A stretch of 64,000 nt of DNA from Chrysomallon squamiferum (GCA_012295275.1 CM022678.1:2046001-2110000); one strand, 5' to 3'; shown: positions 14,103 to 26,900, counted from the stretch's first letter. Notes: generated by a model not told the origin, from the letters alone. Numbers and translations are program-made.

Positions 14103-14996
14103 TTACTATCAATATTACTAAGATTCTTATCATTACCATTCAATAAAAAAAATATATAAAAAAAATTATCCTTTTTAATTCAACAGTGGGAATGGGTACA
14201 ATCTTATATAATAATATATATATATTGTTTTAGTTGTTGTTGTTTTTATTATTATAAAATTACCTTATCAGCAGTTTTGTAAATTTGTTCTTTTTTCGAG
14301 AGGTCCACGGTGTAGGCGGAGACTGTGGCCCCAGGTGTCGAATCAGGTCCGCAGTTTCTTCGTTACTCTCCCCGTTGACGTCCCACAGTACCAGCCGGCA
14401 GCCATGTTGTGCAAAACGTATCGACAGCAGTCGGCCAATTCCGCTGCCTGGTAAAGTAACAAACTACGATATTAATAAAGTCATTAAAAAAATTATGTTA
14501 TGTGGTTCAATTCAATTCAGTTCAATAATGGTAAGATTATATCTCTGTCTCTGAGTTATTTTTAAAAATTTCAGAAAACGAATTAGCAGCTGAATAATTA
14601 ATATTCCTTCAGGGTCCTTTCAGTTTCAATTTGTCACGAAGATGAGGAGAGGGGAAAAAACTTTAAAAAATAAAAAATAATTTCGCATACAGCCTCAGGT
14701 TACGTTCTTGCGCAAAATATACTGTAACGATCCCCAACATGATAACAGCTTAAGGTGTTTGACCTTAGTTATCTCACTGTACCAATTACATTAGAACTTC
14801 AGCCTTGAATCGACAAGAAGCATTCAACGGTAACAGAACAAATGGATTACTCACCGGCACCTGTAACCAGCACCAGATCCCCAGCAATATCCTTTGACTG
14901 CAAATTAGCAGGTACCAAAGTCAACACGATGGCCTTTATCCAGTAATAAATAATTTTAAAGAATACAACAATCGATTCAGCTATCGTTGGTAACAT
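11474..14996 (-). CDS. SDR16C-family short-chain dehydrogenase paralogue 2, with an apparent 1-nt frameshift in exon 2 (assembly error or young pseudogene)
   Basis: complement(join(11474..11567,12144..12269,13045..13289,13866..13997,14264..14447,14855..14996)). Motifs [25 protein letters not shown] and YCASK are intact. Exon 2 is 184 nt versus 185 nt in paralogue 1. Adding one base to the C4 run at 14329-14332 restores [24 protein letters not shown]. Confidence 0.88.
12270..12690. repeat. 57-bp minisatellite (about 7 copies) in SDR2 intron 4, abutting the exon-5 acceptor
   Basis: Unit CTAGAAAATAAATGTGTAAACAATAATATTCATAAAAATAGATTATGTAGATGAAAA; unit starts at 12270 and 12327 give a period of 57. 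Confidence 0.85.
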
Positions 14997-15609
14997 ATTC
15001 TGTGTAATGCGTAAACAGATACGACCAAAGTCCTATTTCTTTCGGGAGACATCGGTTAACACCGGAAAATTGCGAAAGAATACGACTTCCGTGCCATACT
15101 TAACACAACGTTCTTATTGTTACGACGGCTTTTTATTATTTATTTTTATTGTTTATTTATTGTTTTTGTTTTTTTCTTCTTTCAAGATATGCTAATGGTT
15201 ACAATGTTATATTCTTAAATAGCGAATCTGTTAAGGGCAGGAATATTTAGATTAGTAGGTGCAAAAGCCAAGCGATCCAAAACACCACATACAGGTACAA
15301 AATCACTGACCACCCCACGCCTTTCACATAATCATACAAAGAAATGAAACAAGTTGTTTATCATCCTTCTGATACAAAGAATTAGATGAGAGACAGAAAA
15401 TGTAATTCCAAATATTTTCTTTCATTTTTATTCATCATGTGAAATATATTCGCGTTTATTAAAAATGGTGTAATAATAAAATGGGCAATTACACACTAAA
15501 CCTTGTCAACTGGTTTTAATGAATATATATATTTTTTTATTTGGTGTTTTGCTGCTAGTTCATATATATATATAAAAAAGTAATAATAAAAATAAATACT
15601 CTGAATTTT

Positions 15610-15713
<104 letters not shown>

Positions 15714-16158
15714 GTTGAAAACATTACAGATTTGACAATGAAAAGAACATTTAACAATTTAACATGCATTCAGATAAAAAAAAATGAATGGTATTAAATA
15801 ATAGTATTAACAATAAATAATGATAATGATAATGATAATAACAATAACAATAATAATAATAATGAACAACAACTGGACCGAATAAAGACAATCTATTGTG
15901 TTGCTCAAAACAAAACAAAAAGAAGAAGACACGACTTTTAAAAGTGAAATTTATTTCGGTAGGTTTATCCTAACAAAAGAAACGAACACAAGAAAAATGG
16001 TAATCTTGGTGGTTTTGTCTGTACACGTTCATTAAGAGACTGTTTACGTTATAAAATATACAAGACTGAAACTTCATCTCATATCAGATCTGTTGTTATT
16101 TTGCTTGCTGACCAAATCAACAACAGTATCAGAGGAAAGAGGTGACACGTATCTCGAA

Positions 16159-16254
<96 letters not shown>

Positions 16255-16365
16255 TAATAACAATAATAATAATAATAATAGTAATAATAATAGCAGTAGC
16301 AGTAAACCAAAAAAAAAAAAAAAAAAAATGAACACCAGAGGAGAAACAAATGTTAACATTTTCAG

Positions 16366-19300
16366 TTATTCTGCAATGACTTCATTTTCTTCTATTATCG
16401 TCTGCACCTCCTCGATGGACGCTTCCTGGATGCTAGTCTCGTCCGAGTTGACGATCTGTAGAATGACGACCGTCTGCTCACCGTCCGGTCCCTCTATCGT
16501 GCCAATGCTGCCGTTCTCCATCCCGCCCGCCTGCATGACGCCGCTCGACAGGTTCTGCAGCGCCTCGGCGGCCACCTGCGGGAGGTAGCCGTCGTCCCTG
16601 TCTGTGTGGATGGTGTAGGCGCGCTCGATCCCGTGCTCGTCCGTGGCGATCACGGTTTCCAGTTTCACAGCCACCTGCTGCTGGGGGTTCCTCGGCGGCG
16701 TTCACGGGTTTCTGCAGCCGCTCCACGTAGTCCGGCTCCTGTTCGAACACGCGGGCGACGTCCGGGTGTTTGCGCTTGTAGTGGCGGATGATGGTGTGCC
16801 GGTGCGAGCACCGCTCGTTGCAGACGTCGCAGATGTAGACCATGCCGCTGTGGTGCAGCTCCATGTGCTTGCGGTGCTGGTACTCGCGGCAGAACTTCTT
16901 GTCGCAGAGCGCGCACTCGATTTTGTTCGTCATCGTGTGCTCCAGCTTGTGCCTGTTGTACTGGTCCGGGTACTTGAACATCTTCCCGCAGTACTCGCAC
17001 GTGAAGCCCTTGACCTTCGTGTGCGAGAACAAGTGCGTCTTCATGTTGCCTTTCTGGCGAAACGTCTTCGGACACTGCGGACACTGGTACAGCTTGATCT
17101 CGTTGTCGTGGAACTGGCGCATGTGCGCCACCAGCCCCGTCTTCGAGAAGAGCACCTTGCCGCAGTCGCTGCATTGCAGGCGGTACGCCTTCATGTGCAC
17201 CATCTTCTTGTGCTCGCGCAGGTAGTTGGCGTAGTGGAACTTCTTCCCGCAGATGTCGCACTCGTTCTGCCGCTCGCCGTGGATGAGGATGTGCTTGTTG
17301 AGGTTGCTGACGCTGACGAACGACCTGCCGCACTCGTGGCAGACGAGGTTCTCCTTGATCAGCATCCTGTTCTTCTTGTACACGACCCGCACGACGTTGC
17401 CGTCGGGCCTGTGGCAGATGTGGTCCTGCAGACGGTGGAACTTCTTGTGGCAGAACTCGCACTGCTCGGTGGGCTCACTGTGCTTCACCTGGTGCCGCTC
17501 CAGAGCCTTCTGACTCTTGAACAGCTTGCTGCACTCCTTGCACGCCACCGTCTGCTCCTCCTCCGCCGCCGTGTTGCACACGTGCATCGCCAGCGTCCCG
17601 ATCTTGATGAAGCGCTTGCCGCACGCGTCGCACCTGTGAGGGTGCGTGTGCGACTGGTAGTGCTCCCTGTACTCCTTGGCGTCCTCGAACAGCTGCTTGC
17701 AGAGGTCGCACTCCACGTGGCCGTCGTCGGTGATCTTCTTCCTCGCCCAGCACAGCTTGTAGTGGAAGTTGAACTGGTCCTGGTGCGCGAACGGCTTGTC
17801 GCAGATCTCGCAGTTGTAGTTGTGCACGTGGTTCATCTCGTGGCGGCGGAGGTAGTTGATGCTGGCGAAGCTCTTGCCGCACTCGGTGCAGGCGTAGTGG
17901 ATGCTGGCGTCGTCGTGGGTGATTTTCCCCATGCACCGGTGCTGGTCTAGGTTCTCCTCGCTGAAGAACGCCAGCCTGCACGTTTCGCACACGTACCTGG
18001 CGCAGTTGATCTGGTGGTTCTCCAAGCCGAGCTTCGTGGAGAAGACCTTCTTGCAAACCGTGCACGGGAAGATGTTCTGCTCAGACGCGAGCTTCGGATC
18101 ACACTTGAGAATGTGCCTCTGCAGCGAGTCCTTTCTGGAGAACGTCTTTTCGCACGAGTCGCACTTGAAGATGTCCGTGTGCATGGCCATGTGGCGATAC
18201 AAGTACCTCAGCGTGCGGAACTCCTGCTGGCAGATCTCGCAGGTGAACAGCTCCTTCACGGAGCCGTCGCTGCTGCGACAGATGTGGTCGAGAAGCAGGT
18301 GACGTCGAGAGAACGTCTGGTGACACAGGTGGCAGGAGAAGGCGCCCGCGTGCTGCAGCGTGTGCTGGCGAGCTTTCTCCCACGTTTCGAAGCTCTTCTT
18401 GCACTCTGCGCACGTGAACACTCTCGCCCCGTCCTTGTCCTCGGTGACGATCTCGATGTTCCTCGCGCGGCAGTCGTGCTTCTGGAACGACTCCTTGCGC
18501 GCGAACGACTTGCCGCAGAACCTGCACCTAAACTTGGACGTGTGGCGGGGCAGGTGCAGGCGCAGGTAGCTCGGCTGCTCGAACTTCTTGCCGCACACGC
18601 CGCACGCGTACACCTTCCCTCCCGCCGCCGAATCCTCCACTGTCGTCAGTTTCTCCAGCTCGGTGATCTCTCTGTCCACAGGACGTTTGCGAAACGAGCC
18701 AGGCGGCCGTCCGGGTCGTCTGCGGATTATGGTCCGCCTCGTTTCCTGCGTCCGAGGGACGAAGTCCTCGTCATCGGACTTGAGGTCGTCCTGTTCAGAG
18801 TCAGGCGATTCTGGATCTCCACTTTCTTCCTTTTCTTTTGTATCCGACTCAGAACTTTCTGGATTTGTCTGGGACGTGTTCTCGTCGGCTTTCTTTTCTT
18901 CCGTGTCCTTCGTAATCTCTACGATTTCAGTCTTCTGTCCGCGATTCTCACCCAGTCCAATGAGCACGTGAACTATTTCATTCTCTAGCGCCGTCTCACT
19001 CGCTTTGCTTTCTTCTGTTTGTAAATCCGACCATTCTTCCTTGCTCTCCTCACACGAAACTTTCTCCCCTTCTTCTTCTTCTTCTTTCCTCTCTGAAACT
19101 TCTTCTTCTTCTTCTTGTTTCTTCTCTGAAACTTCTTCTTCTTCTTGTTTCTTCTCTGCAACTTTTGCTGCTTCTTCGCCTTCTTTGTCTTCTGCTGGAA
19201 GAGATTTCTTTCTTGGCCTGCCTCGTGCTTTCTTGCCAGGTGTTACGACAGATGATGTGTTGTCAACTCGAACGTTTTCTTTTCTAGGCGACTCATCATC

Positions 19301-22300
19301 AGACTCTGCCAGTTTTCCTGTGATTCTCCTTCCCTTGAGAGATCTGCGAGGCTGAATTCTCACCGGGGAAACCTGCTCCTGTTTAAACTGCACCTGTCTA
19401 TGATCCAACTCGTGTTTCTGTAATGTAAACTCACTGTCGGAACTTTTGTCACATTCCAAACACTCGTGGCTCTCAACAAGTCTCGGTTTCTTGCTACTTT
19501 CACATTCACTCTCATTTTCGTTTTCGTCATCACCATCACCCTCATCTACTTTGTTTTCGTCACTTGTTACAGCAGCAACAGCAGCACCAGCAGAATTATT
19601 TTCAACTTCTTCATCATCGTCGTCAGTTATTTTCCGCTTCTTTCTTGGACGGCCTCTCTTTCGACGTATAACAGTTCTGCTTTCTCCGTCCCCACCCTCC
19701 TCCGCCGCGGGCTCCCCCTCCCCATCCCGCGACTTCTTAGGAATCTTCTCGAAGCTGTGCTCGGACAGAATCCTCTTCGCCTCCTCGTAGCTCTGCTTGT
19801 GTTTGCCCACGTAGTGCGTCGTGAACAGGTCCGCGCGGTACGTGTTGTGCTTGCAGATGGGGCACTCGATCCGGTTCCCGTCGTGCTTCTTCATGTGGCG
19901 GTTGTAGTTGCTGTAGGTGTTGAAGCCCACCTGGCACGTCTTGCACTTGTAGATGGAGCTCTTGGCCTGCGGCTTGTCGCGCGACGGCATCAGGTGTTCC
20001 CGCAGGTGTCTCACGTAGTCCGACTGGCTCTGGAACGTGGAGCTGCACTGCGCACACTGGAACAGCGCCTCGCACTTCACGTCAACGACGTCGTCGCTCA
20101 CCCTGCTGTCGTTTCCGCAGACGTTCTGAGCCGGGACCTGTTCTCTGGTCTCCGCAATGGCTGCCTCTATCTGCGGCAACGTGTCGTCCTCCTGGAAAAT
20201 CAGCATCTCGCCCAGCATGGCTGAAATTCAAACAACACCGATTTAAAGTACAAAGTTTGGGTGATACGATCATCACTGATACCAAACCGTGACAATAACT
20301 CTTTTACAAAACATCTGAATGTTTTTAATCCTTTCACAACTGCAGTTATGACGTTATAAGATTGGTGGACGCTTTATTTTCTTCTAACAACATCACTAAA
20401 AGCTTTCAATAAAAAATAATTAAAAAAATATTTATTCTTCCAAGTTATTATTGTATCATTTCAACCAACCTTTCACCACTCATAACCAAACGCGACACTA
20501 AATGAAACAGACTCAACTCGGCTATTTTAACTCTTCACAACTTGAGACATTTTTTTCAGACGAAATTTGATAACGACTAGAGAAAAATGGCTGCAGCCAG
20601 AGATATCTTTTAAACTTAATACATTTGTTATTATACTTTATTATTAATAAAGTTTGGATGACTATAACAAATAAAAGTATTTTCGGTATATTTCGAGTAT
20701 GACTTTGCATTATCAAAGACACACTTTAAGCATCAAAAATGGATCCAATTTCAATGTATTTATTATTATTTTTAATTGTGATACTTTACTGTTAACAAAC
20801 ATTAATCTTCAGGAGCAAGTAATAACAATCGTTCTTCATTTCAGAAATACCATTTATAAAATTGTTGCCAAAAATTAGTAAACAGTTAATATACAGGAAG
20901 TAACTGCCAAAAATCAGTAAACAGGTAATACATAGACAGTAACTAAATCAGTAAACAGGTAACATATAGACAGTAGCTAAATCAGTAAACAGGTAACATA
21001 TAGACAGTAACTAAATCAGTAAACAGGTAACATATAGACAGTAACTAAATCAGTAAACAGGTAATATATAGACAGTAACTAAATCAGTAAACAGGTAACA
21101 TATAGACAGTAACTAAATCAGTAAACAGGTAATATATAGGAAGTAACTAAATCAGTAAACAAGTAATATATAGACAGTAACTAAATCAGTAAACAGGTAA
21201 TATATAGACAGTAACTAAATCAGTAAACAGGTAATATATAGACAGTAATTATCAAAAATCAGTAAAGGTAATATATAGTAAGTAACTGCCAAAAATCAGT
21301 AAACAGGTAATATATAAGAAGTAACTGCCAAAAATCAATAAACAGATAATATATAAGAAGTAACTGCCAAAAATCAGTAAACAGGTAATATATAGAAAGT
21401 AACTGCCAAAAATCAATAAACAGATAATATATAAGAAGTAACTGCCAAAAATCATTAAACAGGTAATATATAGAAAGTAACTGCCAAAAATCAATATATA
21501 TATTAATATATAAGAAGTAACTGCCAAACATTCGGTAAACAGGTAATATATAAGAAGTAACTGCCAAACATTCAGTAAACAGGTAATATATAGGAAGTAT
21601 TTGCCAAAAATCAATAAACAGGTAATATATGGAAAGTAACTGCCAACAATCAGTAAACAGGTAATATATAAGAAGTAACTGCCAAAAGTCAATAAACAGG
21701 TAATATATAAGAAGTAACTGCCAAAAGTCAATAAACAGGTAATATATAAGAAGTAACTGCCAAAAGTCAGTAAACAGGTAATATATAAGAAGTAACTGCC
21801 AAAAATCAGTAAACAGGTAATATATAAGAAGTAACTGCCAAAAATCTGTAAACAGGTAATATATAAGAAGTAACTGCCAAAAATCAGTAAAGGTAATATA
21901 TAGGAAGTATTTGCCAAAAATCATCAAAGATAATACATAGAAAATTAAAACCAGGACTTACAGAAGTCAATAAATAAACATTCATTTCAAATTTTTAAAA
22001 ACAATTTATCGTTTGTCTCTCTTATCCATCACATTCAGTGTGATAATAAAATAAAATTATCATCAAAAATGATGGCAACAAAGATGATAGTTCACAGATG
22101 ATTATGAGAAACTGTATACATTATAACTGTAATGTCTCCAACACAATTTTCCAAATAAAAATTATTTAGTTGAATTCAGTGCAGCTTAGTCAGAACGTTC
22201 CTATTATGACTGAAGCATAATTTGGTGACGCAAAGAAATAGTCTAATTACTTTATGAAAACTTCTAAATTGTTTTTTACTTCTTTTATCTTTTTTCTTTT

Positions 22301-22754
22301 TCTGTCCAGTCTACATTAATAATGAAATACAACAATGGAGCAGAGTTTTTAAATATCTGGCCAATGTCATTACATACACGGCAAAGTCATTTTTCCAGAA
22401 GGTTTTTAGTAATGTTGTCTTAAAAAAACAAATCCAGTAATTTTATGACATCGTAATTCCAACTGTGAAAGGACAAAAAATGGCGACGTTCACATGTTTT
22501 TAGCAGCATTATTCAGTGTCTTATTTTGTTATTAGTGGCAACAGTTCACCGTGAACAATAAATTAAACAATTTGGAAAAATAACAAAAAATGTATTAGAC
22601 CATTTATTCACAATGCCCACTGATGAACTTTAAACAAATACTTTCAGCATCTTCATCACCATTTTTACATCAGAGACAGTTTTATTTATTTAATTGTTTA
22701 TTTACTTACTTTTGTTTACTTTTATGTATTTATTTATTTATTTATTTATTACTT

Positions 22755-22785
<31 letters not shown>

Positions 22786-22791
22786 TTACTT

Positions 22792-22822
<31 letters not shown>

Positions 22823-23348
22823 TTCATTATATTAAATGATTCTAAAAAATTAAATATTTACTTGTGGTAACTCCATCTGGTGTTGGCAACTTGCCAAGCT
22901 TCCTGGCGTACGCAGGCGCGTACCACACCCTCAGCTCCTGCCCGGCAGCAATGTCCTTAGTGCTGTTGTAGAAGATGTTGACGCCAAGGGTGTAGGCGAT
23001 CAAGTTCTGATCTTCTGCAGATTCTGCTGTGCGGACCAGACACAGCCAGTTACAGTAATTTTCATCTGTTGTGTCGAAACACACGACACCTCCATCTTTC
23101 GTGAAAACCTGGAACATTTGTAGTGTAATGTGTAGTTTGCAAAACAGTTGTAGAGATAAGTAAACATATAAATATAAATAAATAAATAAATAAATATATA
23201 AATAAATATGACTAACTGTCTAACTGGAAACTAAAAATTAATAATATATACATGGACGATTAAATAATTTTCATATGGGGGAAAGCTGTCATTTTATTGC
23301 AGAAATTAAATATGTGGGTAAATATAATTATTAACAATAATAATGAAA

Positions 23349-23383
<35 letters not shown>

Positions 23384-23389
23384 AATGAC

Positions 23390-23432
<43 letters not shown>

Positions 23433-25081
23433 CAACAGTAAACTAATAACAACAGCAACAATAACAATAATAACAATCACAACAATAATAGATTAATAAA
23501 AATATCAACAACAACAGGTGTAAACTGAAGTTTTCTAACAAAAATTTAGTACCTTGAGAACGAAAATGTTGTCGGAGTCGATGCTGAATGTTGTCTTCCT
23601 TGCCTCAAACGGACCAAACTGTGTTTTGGCTGAAATGGGCTGCAGTGCGATGACCGTGCAGTTTCCATTCTCATCTTCAATGACGTCCAGACCTTCAGGC
23701 AAAGTCAGTCGAGCCCTGAAAATAAATTTAAAAATGTAAAATAAACCAATAAATCAGTAAATAATTAACAAAAAATAATAATAATGATGATGATGATGAT
23801 GATGATGATGATAGTGTTCTATAACAGTAATAAAAATAATGAAAATAGTAATAATAATAGTAGTAGTGGTAGTAGTAGTAACAATATCAAGAATAACAAC
23901 AACAATAATAAAAACATTTAAAACAGATTTTTTAAAACAGTATTTATAATTTTTCACTGTAGCTAAATTATTTACTTTGTCTGTAGTAATAATAATAGTA
24001 GTAGTAGCAGAAGTAGTAATAGTAGTAACAGTATCAACAATAACAACAATAATAATAAAATACATTTAAAACAGATTTTTAAAACAGTATTTATAATTTT
24101 TCACTGTAGCTAAATTATTTACTTTGTCTGTAGTAATAATAATAGCAGTAGTAGCAGAAGTAGTAATAGTAGTAACAGTATCAACAATAACAACAACAAT
24201 AATTTTTGCTGATTTTGTTAAATTTATAATTTTTCACTTTAGCTTTGTCTGTAAATAATAATAGTAGTAGTAGCAGTAGTAGTAATAGTAGTAACAGTAT
24301 CAACAATAACAACAATAATAAAATATATTTAAAACAGATTTTTTAAAACAGTATTTATAATTTTTCGCTGTGGTTAAATTATTTACTTTGTAGTAATAAT
24401 AGTAGCAGTAGTAGTAATAGTAGTAACAGTATTAATAATTTTTTGCTGTAGTTAAATTATTTACTTTGTAGTAATAATAATAGTAGTAGTAGCAGTAGTA
24501 GTAATAGTAGTAGCAGTATTTATAATTTTTAGTTAAATTATTTACTTTGTCTGTGTAGTAATAATAATAATAGTAGTAGTAGTAGTAGTAGTAAATTATT
24601 TAATAGTAGTAGTAGTATTTATAATTTATAATTTTTAGTTAAATTATTTACTTTATCTGTAGTAATAATAATAGTAGTAGTAGTAGTAATAGTAGTAACA
24701 GTATTTATAATTTAGTTAAATTATTTACTTTGTCTGTAGTAATAGTAGTAGTAGTAGTAGTAGTAATAGTAGTAACAGTATTTATAATTTAGTTAAATTA
24801 TTTACTTTGTCTGTATGGGTGTTTCACGACTGACAACCAGCCCAAGTTCAGGACAAACTTCAGTAGCATGATCGCCTCCGCATACATCACACCCTAAAAA
24901 CAAAACCAGTCAAACAGTGGTTTAAATGTCTCAAATGGTATTTTATGTTACTTTTGAGAAAATTAGATGAAGAAAGGTTATATATAAATAAACAAATAAA
25001 ATAAAATAAAATAAAGAAACAATTTAATTGTAAATGAGGAATTAAATAAAATAAAATAAAATAAAATAAAATAAAATAAAA

Positions 25082-25132
<51 letters not shown>

Positions 25133-25561
25133 GTAAGTAAATAAATAAAATAAAACAAAATACAAATAGTGTATGAATTAAACAAAAAAACAAAATTAAA
25201 ATTAATCAATGGTTGAAGTAACAATTATTTCATTTTCTTTTTGAAATCAAAATACTTCTGTCCATTACATACTATTTATTTATTATGCATATTTTGAAGT
25301 AATCAATATAATAAAAAAAACTGTTGATAGTTCCTTAAGTTCAGTGGATTATAATATTAAAACCATTAAACACACACACACATACACACAACATATGCAG
25401 GCATATGCAACACGTGCTCCATATACTTCCACACAATACACACTCTCCCCACATTCAGACACATGCATCCATTTACATTCCAAGATTATATTTTGAGATG
25501 AATTTTAAAAAGAAGAAAAAAAAAAAAAAAAAAAAAGCAACAAACCTTCCACTTCATCCAT
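16366..25561 (-). CDS. PR/SET-domain zinc-finger protein (PRDM10/PRDM15-like), about 1455 aa, about 25 zinc fingers, 3 AT-hook-like motifs
   Basis: complement(join(16366..20220,22862..23108,23553..23715,24806..24893,25546..25561)); GT-AG junctions, phases 1,2,0,1. PR zinc knuckle CDVCGGDHATEVCPELG, PR domain (ARLTLPEGL, TQFGPF, CNWLCLVR, EDQNLIAY, GQELRVWYAPAYARKLG), then a 3.85-kb zinc-finger exon. The frame shifts at the G5 run 16683-16687; the likely true C-terminus is the 16366..16674 ORF. Confidence 0.9.
20862..21925. repeat. Compound minisatellite with 34-bp and 39-bp related units in the last PRDM intron
   Basis: 34-bp unit AAATCAGTAAACAGGTAACATATAGACAGTAACT (about 20945-21250), then 39-bp unit AAAAATCAGTAAACAGGTAATATATAAGAAGTAACTGCC (about 21255-21925). 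Confidence 0.9.
23860..24816. repeat. Degenerate tandem repeat containing copies of the PRDM knuckle-exon splice donor
   Basis: TAAATTATTTACTTTGTCTGT recurs near 23965, 24112, 24535 and 24717 and at the real junction (24797-24815), separated by (TAG)n/(TAA)n tracts. Confidence 0.8.
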
Positions 25562-25968
25562 TGTGGAAGATGTTTCAGAAAATCTGGAAAGAGAAAAAAA
25601 AAAAAATAAAATAAAGTTACTAAAACAAAATTTAAAAATGAATAAATAAATTATAATAATAATAATAATAAAATAACCTACACAAAATGAAAATAAAAAA
25701 ATAAATAACTAGATATATTATAATAATAATACAGTAACTTGTACAAAATTTAAAAACAAAATAAAAAAATAAAAATAAAATCATTCACGTATCTTCGTTT
25801 AAAATTTTTCAATAAAAATTTTTAAAAATGTTTTAAAACACAAAATAAATATTTTAATATCTTCACCCTGTCTGTGATTTCCCATTCTAACCAATTCATA
25901 GAAATAAAACAATTAAATGAACTGGTTAAGTTTATCAGTTTTGTCAGTCTGATTGTATATTGGTTTCT

Positions 25969-26005
<37 letters not shown>

Positions 26006-26559
26006 CTTTTTTTTTCTTTCTTTTCTTTTTTGTTTCTTTTTCTTTTAGAGATACTATTTCATTTTATTTTATTTTATTTTATTTTTTATTTTAAATGTTT
26101 CTAAAATATATTTTGTGGGATCAGTTTTTGTCAAATCAGCAAAAATGCAACTGTAGTGGTGAAGTAATAATAAATGTTTAATCTGACATATTTTACAAAC
26201 ACATAACATTATTATAACTATAAAATAAAAGGTTTATCATAAGGTTTTTTAAATAATTAAAAAAAAAAAATAAAATAAAATAAAAATTATGAATATATTT
26301 AATGTTATAAATAGAACCATTTGAAAATAACAAATTCACGCTGATAAAATATAAATAAATAAAAAGGATTATGGAGGGGGTCATAATAAGATTGTTTGAC
26401 AAGAAATCGTATTTCACTGTTTGACCTTCTCTGTCGACACACGACTGTCTTACAACGACAAAAATGATGGTTTCCACAAATGACATAGTCTTGCAGGCGT
26501 TCACTGCTTTACAGGGAATGTATTCAAGATGATTAGATAATAAAATATATAAATCCTGT

Positions 26560-26900
26560 TTTAAATTCGTTCCGCTTTTGGAAATGAAAATGTATTTTCA
26601 ATAAACGCACACCGAACGAATGGAATGAAAAACATGGCGGCTACGGATTGGCGTGTTGAGAAAGGATCTTCACCAAAATGTATGTGGTACGGATTGCTAA
26701 ACGCATCAGACTATTACTATAAATAATGGATTTTCAATTCAAGACATTATCATGTTAGTTAATAACAATGAGCATACCTATTTCGGATCAGTAAAAAAGA
26801 CTACACTTTTTTAACAAAATTATTTAACATGATTAATCAAAATTCTTCCGTTGTCCACTATCAATCTTGAATAACCCAATACGCATGCGTAGTCTGAATG
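26560..26900 (-). promoter_or_regulatory. Probable promoter of the PRDM gene
   Basis: CpG-containing island upstream of the exon at 25546-25583. It has a YY1-like AACATGGCGG (about 26631-26640), CCAAT boxes and an NRF1-like ACGCATGCGT (26881-26890). Confidence 0.45.

Noticed and set aside
16643-20224. Long plus-strand ORFs (435, 324 and 252 aa) and shifted-frame ORFs overlapping the zinc-finger exon
   Set aside because: These are shadows of a high-GC3 coding exon. They have no recognisable domains or splice context.
21252-21927. 221-aa and 222-aa repetitive hydrophobic ORFs; CRISPR-like regularity
   Set aside because: They are translations of a 39-bp minisatellite. The repeats are contiguous with no unique spacers, no cas genes, and a eukaryotic intronic context.
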